Shown here in pieces: positions 50,003 to 60,088 of a stretch of DNA of 64,000 nt. Below the pieces are notes generated by a model. The model saw nothing but the letters and a program-made list of their open reading frames with translations, had not been told where the DNA came from and made no database searches. A program made the translations under genes and the position numbers. Numbering within the stretch: the stretch's first letter is position 1; every line of letters begins with the position of its first letter. Origin of the DNA: Myxococcota bacterium (GTDB lineage: Bacteria; Myxococcota; XYA12-FULL-58-9; JALHOP01); assembly GCA_041288095.1 (NCBI GenBank), contig JBGGMJ010000022.1, positions 1 through 64,000 on the forward strand, given 5' to 3'.

Positions 50003-51070
50003 ATGAGCGTGAGCGTAAGCACGGGACGCACGGGTGTGTCCGCGCCGGTCTTGGCCCTGTTGCCGGTAGCGCGGAACACCGCGGGAAATCAGGTCCTCGT
50101 CGCCCAGGCGTTGGCGCGTCGCGGCGTTCTCGATGGGCTCACGCGAGACCAGGCTCAGGTCGTCGTCGCCTTCACCGCCGAGAAGCTAGGGGCGCAGTTC
50201 GACGCCGAGCGCGACTTGAACGGGGGGCGCCTCGCGGAGCACGTCGCCGACAAGATCGTCGGCAAAGACGAGTTCGAGAAGGCGCAGAAGAAGTCGAATC
50301 GTAAGTCGTGGTGGGTCGCCGGCGGTTTCTTCGCGGGGGGCATGCTCGCCTCGGGCGCGCTGAATATCGGCGTCGACCTGGCCTTCAAGGCCATCAACCA
50401 GCCGTGGGCCGCGAGCGTCAACACCGCGCTGTCGCCCGCGCTCTTCGTGGTCAGCGCCGCGCTGGTCGGCGCCGTAACCGGTCTGTTCGTCGAGAAGCTG
50501 ACGACGCCGGTCGCCGCCTGGTTCACGCGCCTGTCCTTCAAGGGCAGCCCCATCAAGTCGCACCTCGACACCAAGCTGGGCGCGAGCTTGATCGATGCCT
50601 ACAACGGCGCGAACCAGGTCGACGGTCGCGTCTTCTCGGCGGCGTCGACCCTGTCCTCGCTCATCGTCAACCTCGAAGGCACGCTTTCGGGCGACGGTGG
50701 GGTCCGCTCTCTCATCCGCCAGGCACGCGCCGGTGGTGCCGACAAGAAAGCGCTCTTGCAAGAAGCTGGTGAGCAGCTCGGCGGCAAGCTCATTCAAACC
50801 GAAGTGGCGCACTTCCACCTCGACCCGATGTTCACCGAGATCTTCCGGCTCGTGCACGCGAGCGTCGGCGGCATCTTCCGCAAGCTCGACCCGGCCGATC
50901 AGGACACGATCATCGAATCCGCTCTGGCGTACGTTCGTGAAGCGCGTCCGAACGAACCGGATGGTCAGCGACCCGACACCGGCAAGGCCATCGAGACCTA
51001 CTTCGCGCCGTTTCTCACCCGCTTGGTGAAGGGCGTGCCGAAGCCCACGGGTGGCGCCAGTGCAAGCTAG
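50003..51070 (+). CDS. Hypothetical protein with central hydrophobic hairpin
   Basis: 355-aa ORF with good codon usage and two Gly/Ala-rich hydrophobic segments; similar to the downstream gene. Confidence 0.7.
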   Translation: MSVSVSTGRTGVSAPVLALLPVARNTAGNQVLVAQALARRGVLDGLTRDQAQVVVAFTAEKLGAQFDAERDLNGGRLAEHVADKIVGKDEFEKAQKKSNRKSWWVAGGFFAGGMLASGALNIGVDLAFKAINQPWAASVNTALSPALFVVSAALVGAVTGLFVEKLTTPVAAWFTRLSFKGSPIKSHLDTKLGASLIDAYNGANQVDGRVFSAASTLSSLIVNLEGTLSGDGGVRSLIRQARAGGADKKALLQEAGEQLGGKLIQTEVAHFHLDPMFTEIFRLVHASVGGIFRKLDPADQDTIIESALAYVREARPNEPDGQRPDTGKAIETYFAPFLTRLVKGVPKPTGGASAS

Positions 51071-52802
51071 CCGCGGCAACACCGCCGGGCGCTCTCTGTT
51101 CGCCCCGCCGACAGCGAACAATCTCCAGGGCGACGTCGAGGGCTCGATCGCGCGCGTGGTCGCCAAGCCCAAGGCGAGCCGTGCCCTCTGGGTGTCCGGC
51201 GCGGCCTGGTTGGGTGGCGCAGCGGCCGGCGGCGGCTTGAACCTCCTCGTCAGCAAGTTCTTGCCGACCTACGCCGGCGCCGCGCAGCCGATCATCAACA
51301 TCAGCACCGACGTCTTGCAGTCGCCCGGCGCTCTCGCGCGCGAGACCATCACCAATCCGATCAGCGCCTGGATCTACGGCCTCGCGAATTCCGGCGCCGA
51401 GACCGCGCCGGCAGTCGAGTTCGGCCAAGCCATCGGTCCGCGTCTCGCCGGCCAACTCGTCGCCGTCCAGCAGGAGCGCGGCAAGATCGACTCGTGGGTC
51501 GTCGGTGAGATGGGCGAGTTCAACATCTACATGCAGTCGGTCGAGGCCGCCGCCCGTAAGGCCAAGGCCCGGCTCGCTTCCGGTGACATCGACGGCGCGG
51601 CGCGTGCCCTCGGCGCCGCCATGTGGTTCGACTGGGGCGTCTGGGGTGAGCTGAGCCCCGACACCAGCCCGCGCATGTTCGAGCTCATGTTCGCGAACGT
51701 CCACTCGCTCTTCAAGCGCGTCGCGCCCGAGGTGCGCATGAAGCTTCGCGAGGCGGTGAAGGCCGAGGCGCTGCGCTTGAACGGCGGCAAGGACGACGGC
51801 TTGGTGGTGTTCACCGAGATCGTCATGGCGGGTATCACGGAGAACGAGAAGCCGAAGGCGCTGCTCGCGCCCTGGCGCAACGACAAGGGCGCCGCTGGGA
51901 AAGTCGGCGAAGGCAAGCACGCGGACCCGGAGGCCTGGGTCTCGGACCTACTCAAACACTACTTCGACGACTACGTCCGCCAAAACGGATGGAAGAAGGG
52001 TCTCGCCGTCGCTCGCCTCCGGGAGAAGCTCACGCGCGCCGTCGTCAAGGACGTCACCGAGCTCGAAGCCGCGCGCGGCTACCCGGCCTCCGCGGACGAC
52101 CTCTGGCGGATGACGCTGCACGCCTATCAGAAGTCGTCGGGCGAGGGCCTCGAGCTGCGCGCCGCGGGCCTCTCCCTCGCGGCCTACATCGTGGTCGGTG
52201 TCGCGGCGGCGTTCGGTAGCCAGGCTATCTCCAAGATCTCGCCCGACTGGTCGAAGGCCGGCATCAACTCCTTCGTGTTCACGATGTTCGGCTACCTGAT
52301 GTTTTTCGGAAACTTCTTCACCAGCAAGATCTCCGCGCTGGGCTCGACCATCGGCTACGGCGGCGGCCAGAAGAAGTCGCTCGGCAAGGCCATCGAACGC
52401 GAGGTCCGCAATAGCACCCTACGTCTCAAGACCCGTGACGCGCGCGAAGACGTGATCCACGGCTACTTCACGACGTTCGCCCGCCAGCTCTCCATGCAGG
52501 CCAACGAGGTCGCCGCGGCGATCCGTGCCGGTGATCTTGACGACGCAGCCGCGGCCATCGCCGGCATCACCCTTGCGGGCAACGTCAGCAACCACAACTT
52601 CTGGCCCTATCTCGAGATGATGGAGCGTTTCTTCAAGCGCATTGGTCCGTACTTCGATGGCATGACCACGGCGCAGCGCGACGAGATCGTGACCAAGGCC
52701 GCGGAGATCCTGAAGAGTCAGGGCGTCACCGCCGAGCAACTCGAGGGCTACTATCGGCCGTTCATGGTCGGGTTGCTGACCGAGAACGTGAAGCTCAGCT
52801 GA
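51051..52802 (+). CDS. Hypothetical protein with two copies of the same hydrophobic-hairpin domain (start 51051 or 51060)
   Basis: 583-aa ORF with internal duplication and similarity to the 50003 ORF. Confidence 0.7.
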   Translation: MAPVQASRGNTAGRSLFAPPTANNLQGDVEGSIARVVAKPKASRALWVSGAAWLGGAAAGGGLNLLVSKFLPTYAGAAQPIINISTDVLQSPGALARETITNPISAWIYGLANSGAETAPAVEFGQAIGPRLAGQLVAVQQERGKIDSWVVGEMGEFNIYMQSVEAAARKAKARLASGDIDGAARALGAAMWFDWGVWGELSPDTSPRMFELMFANVHSLFKRVAPEVRMKLREAVKAEALRLNGGKDDGLVVFTEIVMAGITENEKPKALLAPWRNDKGAAGKVGEGKHADPEAWVSDLLKHYFDDYVRQNGWKKGLAVARLREKLTRAVVKDVTELEAARGYPASADDLWRMTLHAYQKSSGEGLELRAAGLSLAAYIVVGVAAAFGSQAISKISPDWSKAGINSFVFTMFGYLMFFGNFFTSKISALGSTIGYGGGQKKSLGKAIEREVRNSTLRLKTRDAREDVIHGYFTTFARQLSMQANEVAAAIRAGDLDDAAAAIAGITLAGNVSNHNFWPYLEMMERFFKRIGPYFDGMTTAQRDEIVTKAAEILKSQGVTAEQLEGYYRPFMVGLLTENVKLS

Positions 52803-52860
52803 CGCCGCGGTAGCGCACGACATTGTCGGGTGCCGCGCGCTGCTCTATGGTGCGCGCCGT

Positions 52861-54339
52861 ATGAAACGACTTCTCGCTTTCGCGCTCGTCCTCGTCGCTG
52901 CCTGCAAAGACCGTCCGGCCTCACCCACCGTGGGTGCCGACGCGCCCAAGGTCGCCGCGGCGGACGCCCAGCCGACACCTCCGCCCGCGCCCGTTTTCGC
53001 GGACATCGAAGCTTTCGACGACACCTACGGCATTTACTTCCAGGGCCAGAAGGTCGGCTGGATGCGCAGCACCTTCACCCAGGACGGTGTGCTCTCGACC
53101 GAGCTCTACGCCAAGGTCGGCGGCATGGGGCAGGTCTCCGAGGTTCGCTTCGACGAGAAGCGAGCTTACGGGGTCGACAGGCAGCTAGCGCGTATCTCGT
53201 TCTCGCAGAGCGCGGCGACCGGAGCCGTGCAAGTGGTCGGCGAGCGCCAGGGTGAGAAGCTCAAGGTGACCACCACGGCGGGCGGCAAGAGCTCGTCCGA
53301 GGAGATCGTCGCCGCCGAGACCATCGACGACGCGCTCGAGCTGCAGAAGCTCGCCAAGGCGCAGAAGGTTGGGGCGACCGCGACCTCCAAGCGCTACGAC
53401 CCATCGATCCAGAAGATCGTCACCGCGAATCATGTCACCAGCGGCATCGAGAAGAAGGCTTTCGGTGGCGTCGAGACCGAGGTCGTGAAGATCGACACCA
53501 CCTATCCGGACCTCGGCATCGCCGAGAGCGCCTGGGTCGATGCCAAGGGTAAGACCCTCGAGTCGCGCATCGGCGGCTTCTTCGTCGCCCGGCTCGAGCC
53601 GCCGGAGGAAGCGAAGCGGCTGGACTACAGCCAGGACCTGCTGGTCTCGGCGGTGGTCGCGGTGCCGAAGCCCATCGAAAAGCAGGCCGAGCTCAAGAAG
53701 CTCACTGTCCGTTTCAGCGGTTTCGCGGGTGTCGCCCCACCACCGCAGTCGAAGCGCCAGGCGCAGACCTGGAGCGGCGAGGACTTGGTCTTGTCGCTGA
53801 CCAAAGAAGCTCCGCCAAAGCAGCCATGGGCCGCCGACAAGCCGCTGCCGGCCGAGTCGCCCGCCGACCTCGCGGCCACCGCGTTCGTGCAGAGCACCGA
53901 TCCCGAAATCATCGCCGCCGCCAAGGCCGCCGTGGGCGACGCCAGCGACGTGTACACCGCGACCACGCGTCTCGCGCAGTTCGTCTATTCGTACGTCGAG
54001 GACGAGTATGTTCCCGCTTACTCGAACGCTCTCGAAGCCCTGAAATCGCGGCGCGGCGACTGCACCGAGCACAGCGTCTTGTTCGTGGCGTTGGCGCGGG
54101 CGCTCGGCATACCGGCGCGCGTCGCGGTCGGCATCGCCTACTGGCAGCCCGGCCATGGTTTTGGCTGGCACGCTTGGGCCGAGGTCTTCGCCGGCGGCGC
54201 CTGGTACTCGGTCGACCCGACGTGGAATCAACCGATCGCCGACGTCACCCACGTGAAGCTCGCCGATGGTGGTCCCGCCGAGCAGGCGCGGATCGTCATG
54301 TTGCTCGGCCGCCTGCGCGTGCTCGATGTCCGAACCTAA
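52861..54339 (+). CDS. Transglutaminase-like domain lipoprotein
   Basis: Lipobox VAA-C; GDCTEH, HAWAE and VDPTW catalytic-triad motifs. Confidence 0.88.
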   Translation: MKRLLAFALVLVAACKDRPASPTVGADAPKVAAADAQPTPPPAPVFADIEAFDDTYGIYFQGQKVGWMRSTFTQDGVLSTELYAKVGGMGQVSEVRFDEKRAYGVDRQLARISFSQSAATGAVQVVGERQGEKLKVTTTAGGKSSSEEIVAAETIDDALELQKLAKAQKVGATATSKRYDPSIQKIVTANHVTSGIEKKAFGGVETEVVKIDTTYPDLGIAESAWVDAKGKTLESRIGGFFVARLEPPEEAKRLDYSQDLLVSAVVAVPKPIEKQAELKKLTVRFSGFAGVAPPPQSKRQAQTWSGEDLVLSLTKEAPPKQPWAADKPLPAESPADLAATAFVQSTDPEIIAAAKAAVGDASDVYTATTRLAQFVYSYVEDEYVPAYSNALEALKSRRGDCTEHSVLFVALARALGIPARVAVGIAYWQPGHGFGWHAWAEVFAGGAWYSVDPTWNQPIADVTHVKLADGGPAEQARIVMLLGRLRVLDVRT

Positions 54340-55486
54340 CGCGCCGCTCGGCGTCTACGTTCACGTTCCGTATTGCCCCGCGGTTTGTCCGTATTGCGAC
54401 TTCAACGTCGCGGTGCGCAAGGAGCCGCCGTGGGACGACTTCGTCTCCGCGGTCCGCAATGAGCTCGCGGAGCGGCGGCCGGGGTTCGACGGCCGGCTGC
54501 AATCGATTTATTTTGGCGGCGGCACACCGTCGCTCGCGCCACCCGACACCATCGCGACGATGATTCGCGCGGTCCGCGATAGCATGCCAGGCGAGCCGCG
54601 CGAGGTTACGCTCGAGGCCAATCCCGGCACGGTGACTCGGGCGTCGCTCGAGGGTTATCGCGCCGCGGGCGTGAGTCGCGTGAGCCTCGGATGGCAGTCG
54701 ACCCACGACCGTTTGCTCGCTCTCCTGGGCCGCACCCATGACGCCGCCGCCTCGCGAGCGGCCGCCGTGGCGGTACGTGAGGCGCGCTTCGACGCCATGA
54801 GCATCGATCTCATCTTCGGCGTGCCGGGGCAGACCATGGGAGATCTCGAGGTCGACCTCGACGCCGTGCTCGCCATGAGCCCGGAGCACGTGTCGCTCTA
54901 TGGTCTCACCTACCACGAGGGCACGCCGTTCTTCCGCGCCCGCGAGCGCGGCACCGTAACGCCCGTCGATGAGGCGACCGAAGCCGCGATGTTCACGCGC
55001 ATCGCCGAGCGCCTCACCTTGGCGGGGTACCGGCACTACGAAGTGTCGAACTTCGCAAAGCCCGGCCACGAGGCAGTGCACAACGGCAGCTACTGGCAGG
55101 GGACGCCGTACCTAGGGTTGGGGCCGGGCGCGCACAGCTTCATGCGGGACGGCTGGAAGAGTGGGGTGCGCTGGGAAACGGTGAGGAATCCCGAGCGATA
55201 TCTAGCGACTTTCAAAATAGCACGACCGGTCGGTTTTCTCGCCGACGCCACCACGTTCCGCGAGGAGCTCGGAGCGGTGGACCTCGTGCGCGAGCGCATC
55301 CTCACGGGGCTGCGGCTCATCGACGGTATCGACCTCGCCGCCGAGCCCTTCGCCGCTTTCGACCTTGCCGCGGGTGTCGCCGTCGCGGTCGCGCAAGGCC
55401 TCGCGCGCCGCGAAGGCTCGCGCCTCGTCCCGACCTTCGCAGGGCGTTTGCAAGCGGACACGTTGGCCGAGCTGGTAGCACCGTGA
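54326..55486 (+). CDS. hemW: Radical SAM heme chaperone HemW (HemN-like)
   Basis: YVHVPYCPAVCPYCDFN, YFGGGTPS, EANP, YEVSNF and HNGSYW (HNxxYW) motifs. Confidence 0.88.
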   Translation: MSEPNAPLGVYVHVPYCPAVCPYCDFNVAVRKEPPWDDFVSAVRNELAERRPGFDGRLQSIYFGGGTPSLAPPDTIATMIRAVRDSMPGEPREVTLEANPGTVTRASLEGYRAAGVSRVSLGWQSTHDRLLALLGRTHDAAASRAAAVAVREARFDAMSIDLIFGVPGQTMGDLEVDLDAVLAMSPEHVSLYGLTYHEGTPFFRARERGTVTPVDEATEAAMFTRIAERLTLAGYRHYEVSNFAKPGHEAVHNGSYWQGTPYLGLGPGAHSFMRDGWKSGVRWETVRNPERYLATFKIARPVGFLADATTFREELGAVDLVRERILTGLRLIDGIDLAAEPFAAFDLAAGVAVAVAQGLARREGSRLVPTFAGRLQADTLAELVAP

Positions 55487-55502
55487 CATAAGCGGGTCGC
55501 CC

Positions 55503-56774
55503 ATGACCGCAAGCACGCCCGGCTCACGCAGCATGCTCCTTGGCGCCTTGATCGGCGCCGTTACCGGCATCGTCGCGCACCTCCTCTGGAACGGCACCAA
55601 GGGCCTCGCCATCGCCGTCGACTACGTGTCGGTCCCGCTCGGCCAGGCGTTTCTACGCCTGCTCTTCATGCTGGTGATGCCCATCGTCTTCGCGGCGCTG
55701 GTCATGGGTGTGTGCGAGCTCGAGCTCGGCTCACTCGCGCGCATCGCCATCAAGACCATGGTGTACACGCTCGTCGTGTCCTTCATAGCGGTCGTCATCG
55801 GGCTCACCGCGGTCAACGTCGTGCAACCTGGTCGCATCGGCTCCTACGACGTCGGCCAAGGCGCGCAAGCGAGTCCGCAACAGCAGACAGTCGAAAAATC
55901 ACCCATCGAGCTGATCCTCGCCATCATTCCGGACAACCCGATCAAGGCTGTCGCGCAAGGCGACATGCTCGCCTGGCTCACGTTCTCGCTCATCTTCGGT
56001 ATCGGTCTGTCGCTTACCCGTAGCGCCGGCGCGACCTCCCTCAAGACCACCATCCAGGGCCTCTACGACGTGCTCATGCGCCTCATCAACATGGTGCTCA
56101 AGCTGGGGCCCGTAGGCGTCGGCGCGCTCATGTTCACCACCACCGCGCGCTTGGGTCCGGGGATCTTGGGCAGCGTCGGTGCCTATGCGGCGACCGTCAT
56201 TGTTGCCCTCGCCATCCACATGTTCGGCATCTACCCGCTGCTCTTGTGGGTGCTCGCGCGCAAGAACCCGATCACCTTCTTCAAGCAAGCCAAGGACGCG
56301 AGTATCACCGCCTTCTCGACCGCGTCGTCAACCGCGACCTTGCCGACCGCGCTGCGCGTCGCCGAGGACGAGCTGGCGCTGCCACGCGACGTCAGCCGCT
56401 TCGTACTCACCGCCGGCGCCACCATGAACCAGAACGGTTCCGCGCTCTTCGAGGGTGTCACGGTGCTGTTCCTCGCCCAGGTCTACGGCATCGACATGAG
56501 CATCCCGAAGCAGCTCATGGTGCTGCTCATCTGCGTGCTCGCGGGCGTCGGTACCGCCGGAGTGCCGGCCGGAACGTTGCCGGTCATCGCCATGATGATG
56601 CGCATGCTCGAGATCCCGGCGGAGGGCTTGGGGCTCATCCTCGGCGTCGACCGCTTGCTCGACATGTGCCGCACCTCGCTCAACGTCACCGGCGACCTGG
56701 TTGCGGCGGTTATCGTGGCCAAAGGCGAGGAGAAACCCCCGCCCACCACGGCACCCACTCCCTCGCGCATGTGA
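55503..56774 (+). CDS. Dicarboxylate/amino acid:cation symporter (DAACS)
   Basis: AFSTASSTATLP, GATMNQNG, GTAGVP and DRLLDMCRT motifs. Confidence 0.92.
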   Translation: MTASTPGSRSMLLGALIGAVTGIVAHLLWNGTKGLAIAVDYVSVPLGQAFLRLLFMLVMPIVFAALVMGVCELELGSLARIAIKTMVYTLVVSFIAVVIGLTAVNVVQPGRIGSYDVGQGAQASPQQQTVEKSPIELILAIIPDNPIKAVAQGDMLAWLTFSLIFGIGLSLTRSAGATSLKTTIQGLYDVLMRLINMVLKLGPVGVGALMFTTTARLGPGILGSVGAYAATVIVALAIHMFGIYPLLLWVLARKNPITFFKQAKDASITAFSTASSTATLPTALRVAEDELALPRDVSRFVLTAGATMNQNGSALFEGVTVLFLAQVYGIDMSIPKQLMVLLICVLAGVGTAGVPAGTLPVIAMMMRMLEIPAEGLGLILGVDRLLDMCRTSLNVTGDLVAAVIVAKGEEKPPPTTAPTPSRM

Positions 56775-56854
56775 GCGCGTACGCGGTGCGTCATTTTTGG
56801 CGGCCAAAAGCTTGACTTGCGATCTGTCAGGCCTGGCAGGCATAAACCGCGACC

Positions 56855-58348
56855 ATGGGTTTATGGTCGACGAAGAATATTCAGACGCTGCAGAGCGAAG
56901 CGGACTCCGAACAAGGCGGCTTGCGCCGGTCGTTGAACGCCGTGAATCTGACCTTGCTCGGCATCGGCGCCATCATCGGCGCGGGTATCTTCGTGCTCAC
57001 GGGCACGGCGGCCGCGCAGCACGCGGGCCCAGGCATCGTCTTCTCGTTCATCATCGCGGGCTTGGGCTGCCTCTTCGCCGGCCTCTGCTACGCCGAGTTT
57101 GCCTCGATGATCCCAATCGCCGGCAGCGCTTACACCTACGGCTACGCGACCCTCGGTGAGCTCATCGCCTGGATCATAGGCTGGGATCTCATCCTCGAAT
57201 ACCTCTTCGCGGCGTCCACCGTAGCGGTCGGTTGGTCCGGCTACTTCGTGGCGTTCTTGCGCGACTACCTGGGTATCAACCTGCCGCCGGCGCTCACCAA
57301 CGCACCACTCGGCATCGGCGCGGGCGACCACATTCCGCACGCCACCGGCGCTATCATCAACTTGCCGGCGGTGCTGCTCTGCCTCGTCATCACCGCGCTC
57401 CTGGTGGTCGGCATCCGCGAGTCCGCTCGCTTCAACAACATCATCGTCTTCGTGAAGGTGGCCATCGTCCTCGCGGTCATCATCTGCGGCGCGGCTTACG
57501 TGAACGTCGATAACTGGACGCCGTTCATCCCCGAGAACACCGGTACGTTCGGGGTCTACGGCTGGAGCGGCGTGCTCGCCGGCGCCGGCACCATCTTCTT
57601 CGCCTACATCGGCTTCGACGCGGTCAGCACCGCCGCGCAGGAGTGCAAAAACCCGCAGCGCGATCTGCCCATCGGCATCATCGCCTCGCTCGTCGTTTGC
57701 ACCGTCCTCTACATCGCCATGGCGCTCGTCATGACCGGCATCGCCCACTACAAAGAGCTCGACGTGCCGGAGCCGGTCTATGTCGCCATCTCCAAGGCTG
57801 GTGAAGGTCTGCACTGGCTCAAGCCCATCGTCAGCTTGGGGGCCATCGCCGGCTTGTCCTCGGTCGTGCTCGTCATGCTCATGGGCCAGCCGCGCATCTT
57901 CTTCGCCATGTCACGCGACGGCTTGTTGCCGCCCGTGTTCTCGAAGGTTCACGAGAAGTTCCGCACCCCGCACCTCGCGACCATCATCACGGGCACGGTG
58001 GCGGCGGTGATCGCCGGTGTCTTCCCGATCGGCCTCTTGGGGCACCTGGTGTCGATCGGTACGCTGTTCGCGTTCGTCATCGTCTGCGCCGGTATCCTGG
58101 TGCTCCGCAAGCGTCGCCCCGACATCACACGGCCATTCAAGACGCCGCTGGTGCCGCTGGTGCCGATCCTCGGCATCATTTGCTGCCTGGGCCTGATGGC
58201 GGGCCTCGGTATCGACACCTGGATCCGGCTCGCGGTCTGGATGGGCATCGGCCTCGCCATCTACTTCGGCTACGGCAAGCGCAACTCGCGACTGGCCCGC
58301 GAAGAGAGCGCGACACCGGGCGGCACAGCGCCACAACGCGCCGTTTAA
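56855..58348 (+). CDS. APC family amino acid permease
   Basis: GAIIGAGIF, CYAEFAS, GSAYTY and FFAYIGFDAV motifs. Confidence 0.93.
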   Translation: MGLWSTKNIQTLQSEADSEQGGLRRSLNAVNLTLLGIGAIIGAGIFVLTGTAAAQHAGPGIVFSFIIAGLGCLFAGLCYAEFASMIPIAGSAYTYGYATLGELIAWIIGWDLILEYLFAASTVAVGWSGYFVAFLRDYLGINLPPALTNAPLGIGAGDHIPHATGAIINLPAVLLCLVITALLVVGIRESARFNNIIVFVKVAIVLAVIICGAAYVNVDNWTPFIPENTGTFGVYGWSGVLAGAGTIFFAYIGFDAVSTAAQECKNPQRDLPIGIIASLVVCTVLYIAMALVMTGIAHYKELDVPEPVYVAISKAGEGLHWLKPIVSLGAIAGLSSVVLVMLMGQPRIFFAMSRDGLLPPVFSKVHEKFRTPHLATIITGTVAAVIAGVFPIGLLGHLVSIGTLFAFVIVCAGILVLRKRRPDITRPFKTPLVPLVPILGIICCLGLMAGLGIDTWIRLAVWMGIGLAIYFGYGKRNSRLAREESATPGGTAPQRAV

Positions 58349-58360
58349 GCGGACACGTCC

Positions 58361-60064
58361 ATGAACATTCGCGCGCTCGGCCTGCTGGCGCTGGTCTTCG
58401 CCTCACTCTTTTCGCTGCCCGCCCAGGCTACGCCACGCTGGTGGGAAGGCGCGGTGATCTACGAGATCTATCCGCGCAGCTTCCAGGACTCGGACGGTGA
58501 CGGTGTCGGCGACCTGTCCGGGATCATCTCGCGGCTCGACTACCTCAAGACGCTCGGCGTCGACGCCATCTGGCTCACGCCCATCTACCCGTCACCGCAG
58601 GTCGACTTCGGCTACGATGTCGCCGACTACACCAACATCGATCCCCAGTTCGGGACCCTGAAGGATTTCGACCGCCTGGTGGCCGAGGCCAAGAAGCGCG
58701 GCATCCGCGTCCTCATGGACATGGTGCTGAACCACACGTCGGACAAGCACGCGTGGTTTCTCGAGTCGATGTCCAGCAAGGACAACCCGAAGCGCAACTG
58801 GTACGTCTGGAATAGCGGACGAGCAGGCAAGGACGGCAAGCGCTTCCCGCCGAACAACTGGCAGAGCCTCTTCGGCCACTCGGCGTGGACGCCGGCGGGC
58901 GCGACCTCTGACCTCTACTATCACTTCTTCTACAAGCAGCAGCCCGACCTCAACTGGCGCAACCCCGAGGTCGAGAAGGCGATGTTCGACGCGGTTCGGT
59001 TCTGGCTCGATCGTGGGGCCGCTGGTTACCGCTTCGACGCCATCGATACCTTGTTCGAGGTCACCGACCTGCACGACGCCAAGGAAGGCCCGGGCTTGAA
59101 CGCCTACGGTGACCCGGCGCCCGACTTCACTCTCCAGTCCAAGCAGCCCGAGGTGCACGATGTCATGCGCCGTCTCCGGGCCCTGGCGGACGGCTATGCG
59201 GGTGACCGCTTGTTCCTGGGCGAGGTCTACACCAAGAGCACCTCGGAGCTCGTGAGCTGGTACGGCGCCAAGAACGACGAGCTGCACTTGACGATGGACA
59301 TGGAGCTGTTGCCGCTCGACGTCGACGCCGCCAGCTTCCGCAAGGCGCTGGAGGCCGCGCAGACGCAATTGGGCGGGAACATGCCGCTCTTCGTCACCGA
59401 CAACCACGATCAGCCGCGCAGCTGGGACCGCTACGGTGACGGTGCCAACAACGTCGCCATCGCTCGCGCGGTCGCCACCATGCTGCTAGGGACGCGCTCG
59501 TCGGTGCTCCTCTATTACGGGCAAGAGATCGGCATGGTCACGACGGCCCCGACCCGCGTCGAGGACGTGAAGGACCCGATCGGCATCACCGGCTGGCCCA
59601 AGGAGAAGGGGCGCGACGGCGAGCGCACGCCGATGCAGTGGGACGCCACCAAGAGCTCAGGGTTCACCAAGGGCACGCCCTGGCTGCCCGTGCCGCCGTC
59701 CGCCGCCACGGTCAACGTCGAGGCGCAACGCAAGGACCAAGAATCGCTGCTTGGCTGGTACAAGAAGCTCATCGCCATGCGGCGCACCAACCCCGCCGTC
59801 CGCGATGGCGTTACGACCTTTCTCGATCGCGACTCCCAGCACGCGGTCGTCTGGTTGCGCGCCGCGAAGAACGGAGCGCCCGTGGTCTTCGCGGTGAACT
59901 TGAAGGCCGAGCCAGTTACCTTGTCCGTTGCGGCGGACGTTGCCCAGGGTCGCGTGAAGGGTTTGAAGCCGCTCTTGGTAAGCCACCAGGCCTTGAAATC
60001 AGCCACGCCCGATGCGATTTCGCTGCCGCCGTTCGGCGTGTACATCGGCCAAATTCAGCGCTAG
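58361..60064 (+). CDS. GH13 alpha-glucosidase with signal peptide
   Basis: IYPRSFQD, DMVLNH, QPDLN, RFDA, GEVY, NHD and RTPMQW motifs; N-terminal signal ending AQA. Confidence 0.9.
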   Translation: MNIRALGLLALVFASLFSLPAQATPRWWEGAVIYEIYPRSFQDSDGDGVGDLSGIISRLDYLKTLGVDAIWLTPIYPSPQVDFGYDVADYTNIDPQFGTLKDFDRLVAEAKKRGIRVLMDMVLNHTSDKHAWFLESMSSKDNPKRNWYVWNSGRAGKDGKRFPPNNWQSLFGHSAWTPAGATSDLYYHFFYKQQPDLNWRNPEVEKAMFDAVRFWLDRGAAGYRFDAIDTLFEVTDLHDAKEGPGLNAYGDPAPDFTLQSKQPEVHDVMRRLRALADGYAGDRLFLGEVYTKSTSELVSWYGAKNDELHLTMDMELLPLDVDAASFRKALEAAQTQLGGNMPLFVTDNHDQPRSWDRYGDGANNVAIARAVATMLLGTRSSVLLYYGQEIGMVTTAPTRVEDVKDPIGITGWPKEKGRDGERTPMQWDATKSSGFTKGTPWLPVPPSAATVNVEAQRKDQESLLGWYKKLIAMRRTNPAVRDGVTTFLDRDSQHAVVWLRAAKNGAPVVFAVNLKAEPVTLSVAADVAQGRVKGLKPLLVSHQALKSATPDAISLPPFGVYIGQIQR

Positions 60065-60088
60065 AGAGCGCCCGCAGAGGAGACCGCC

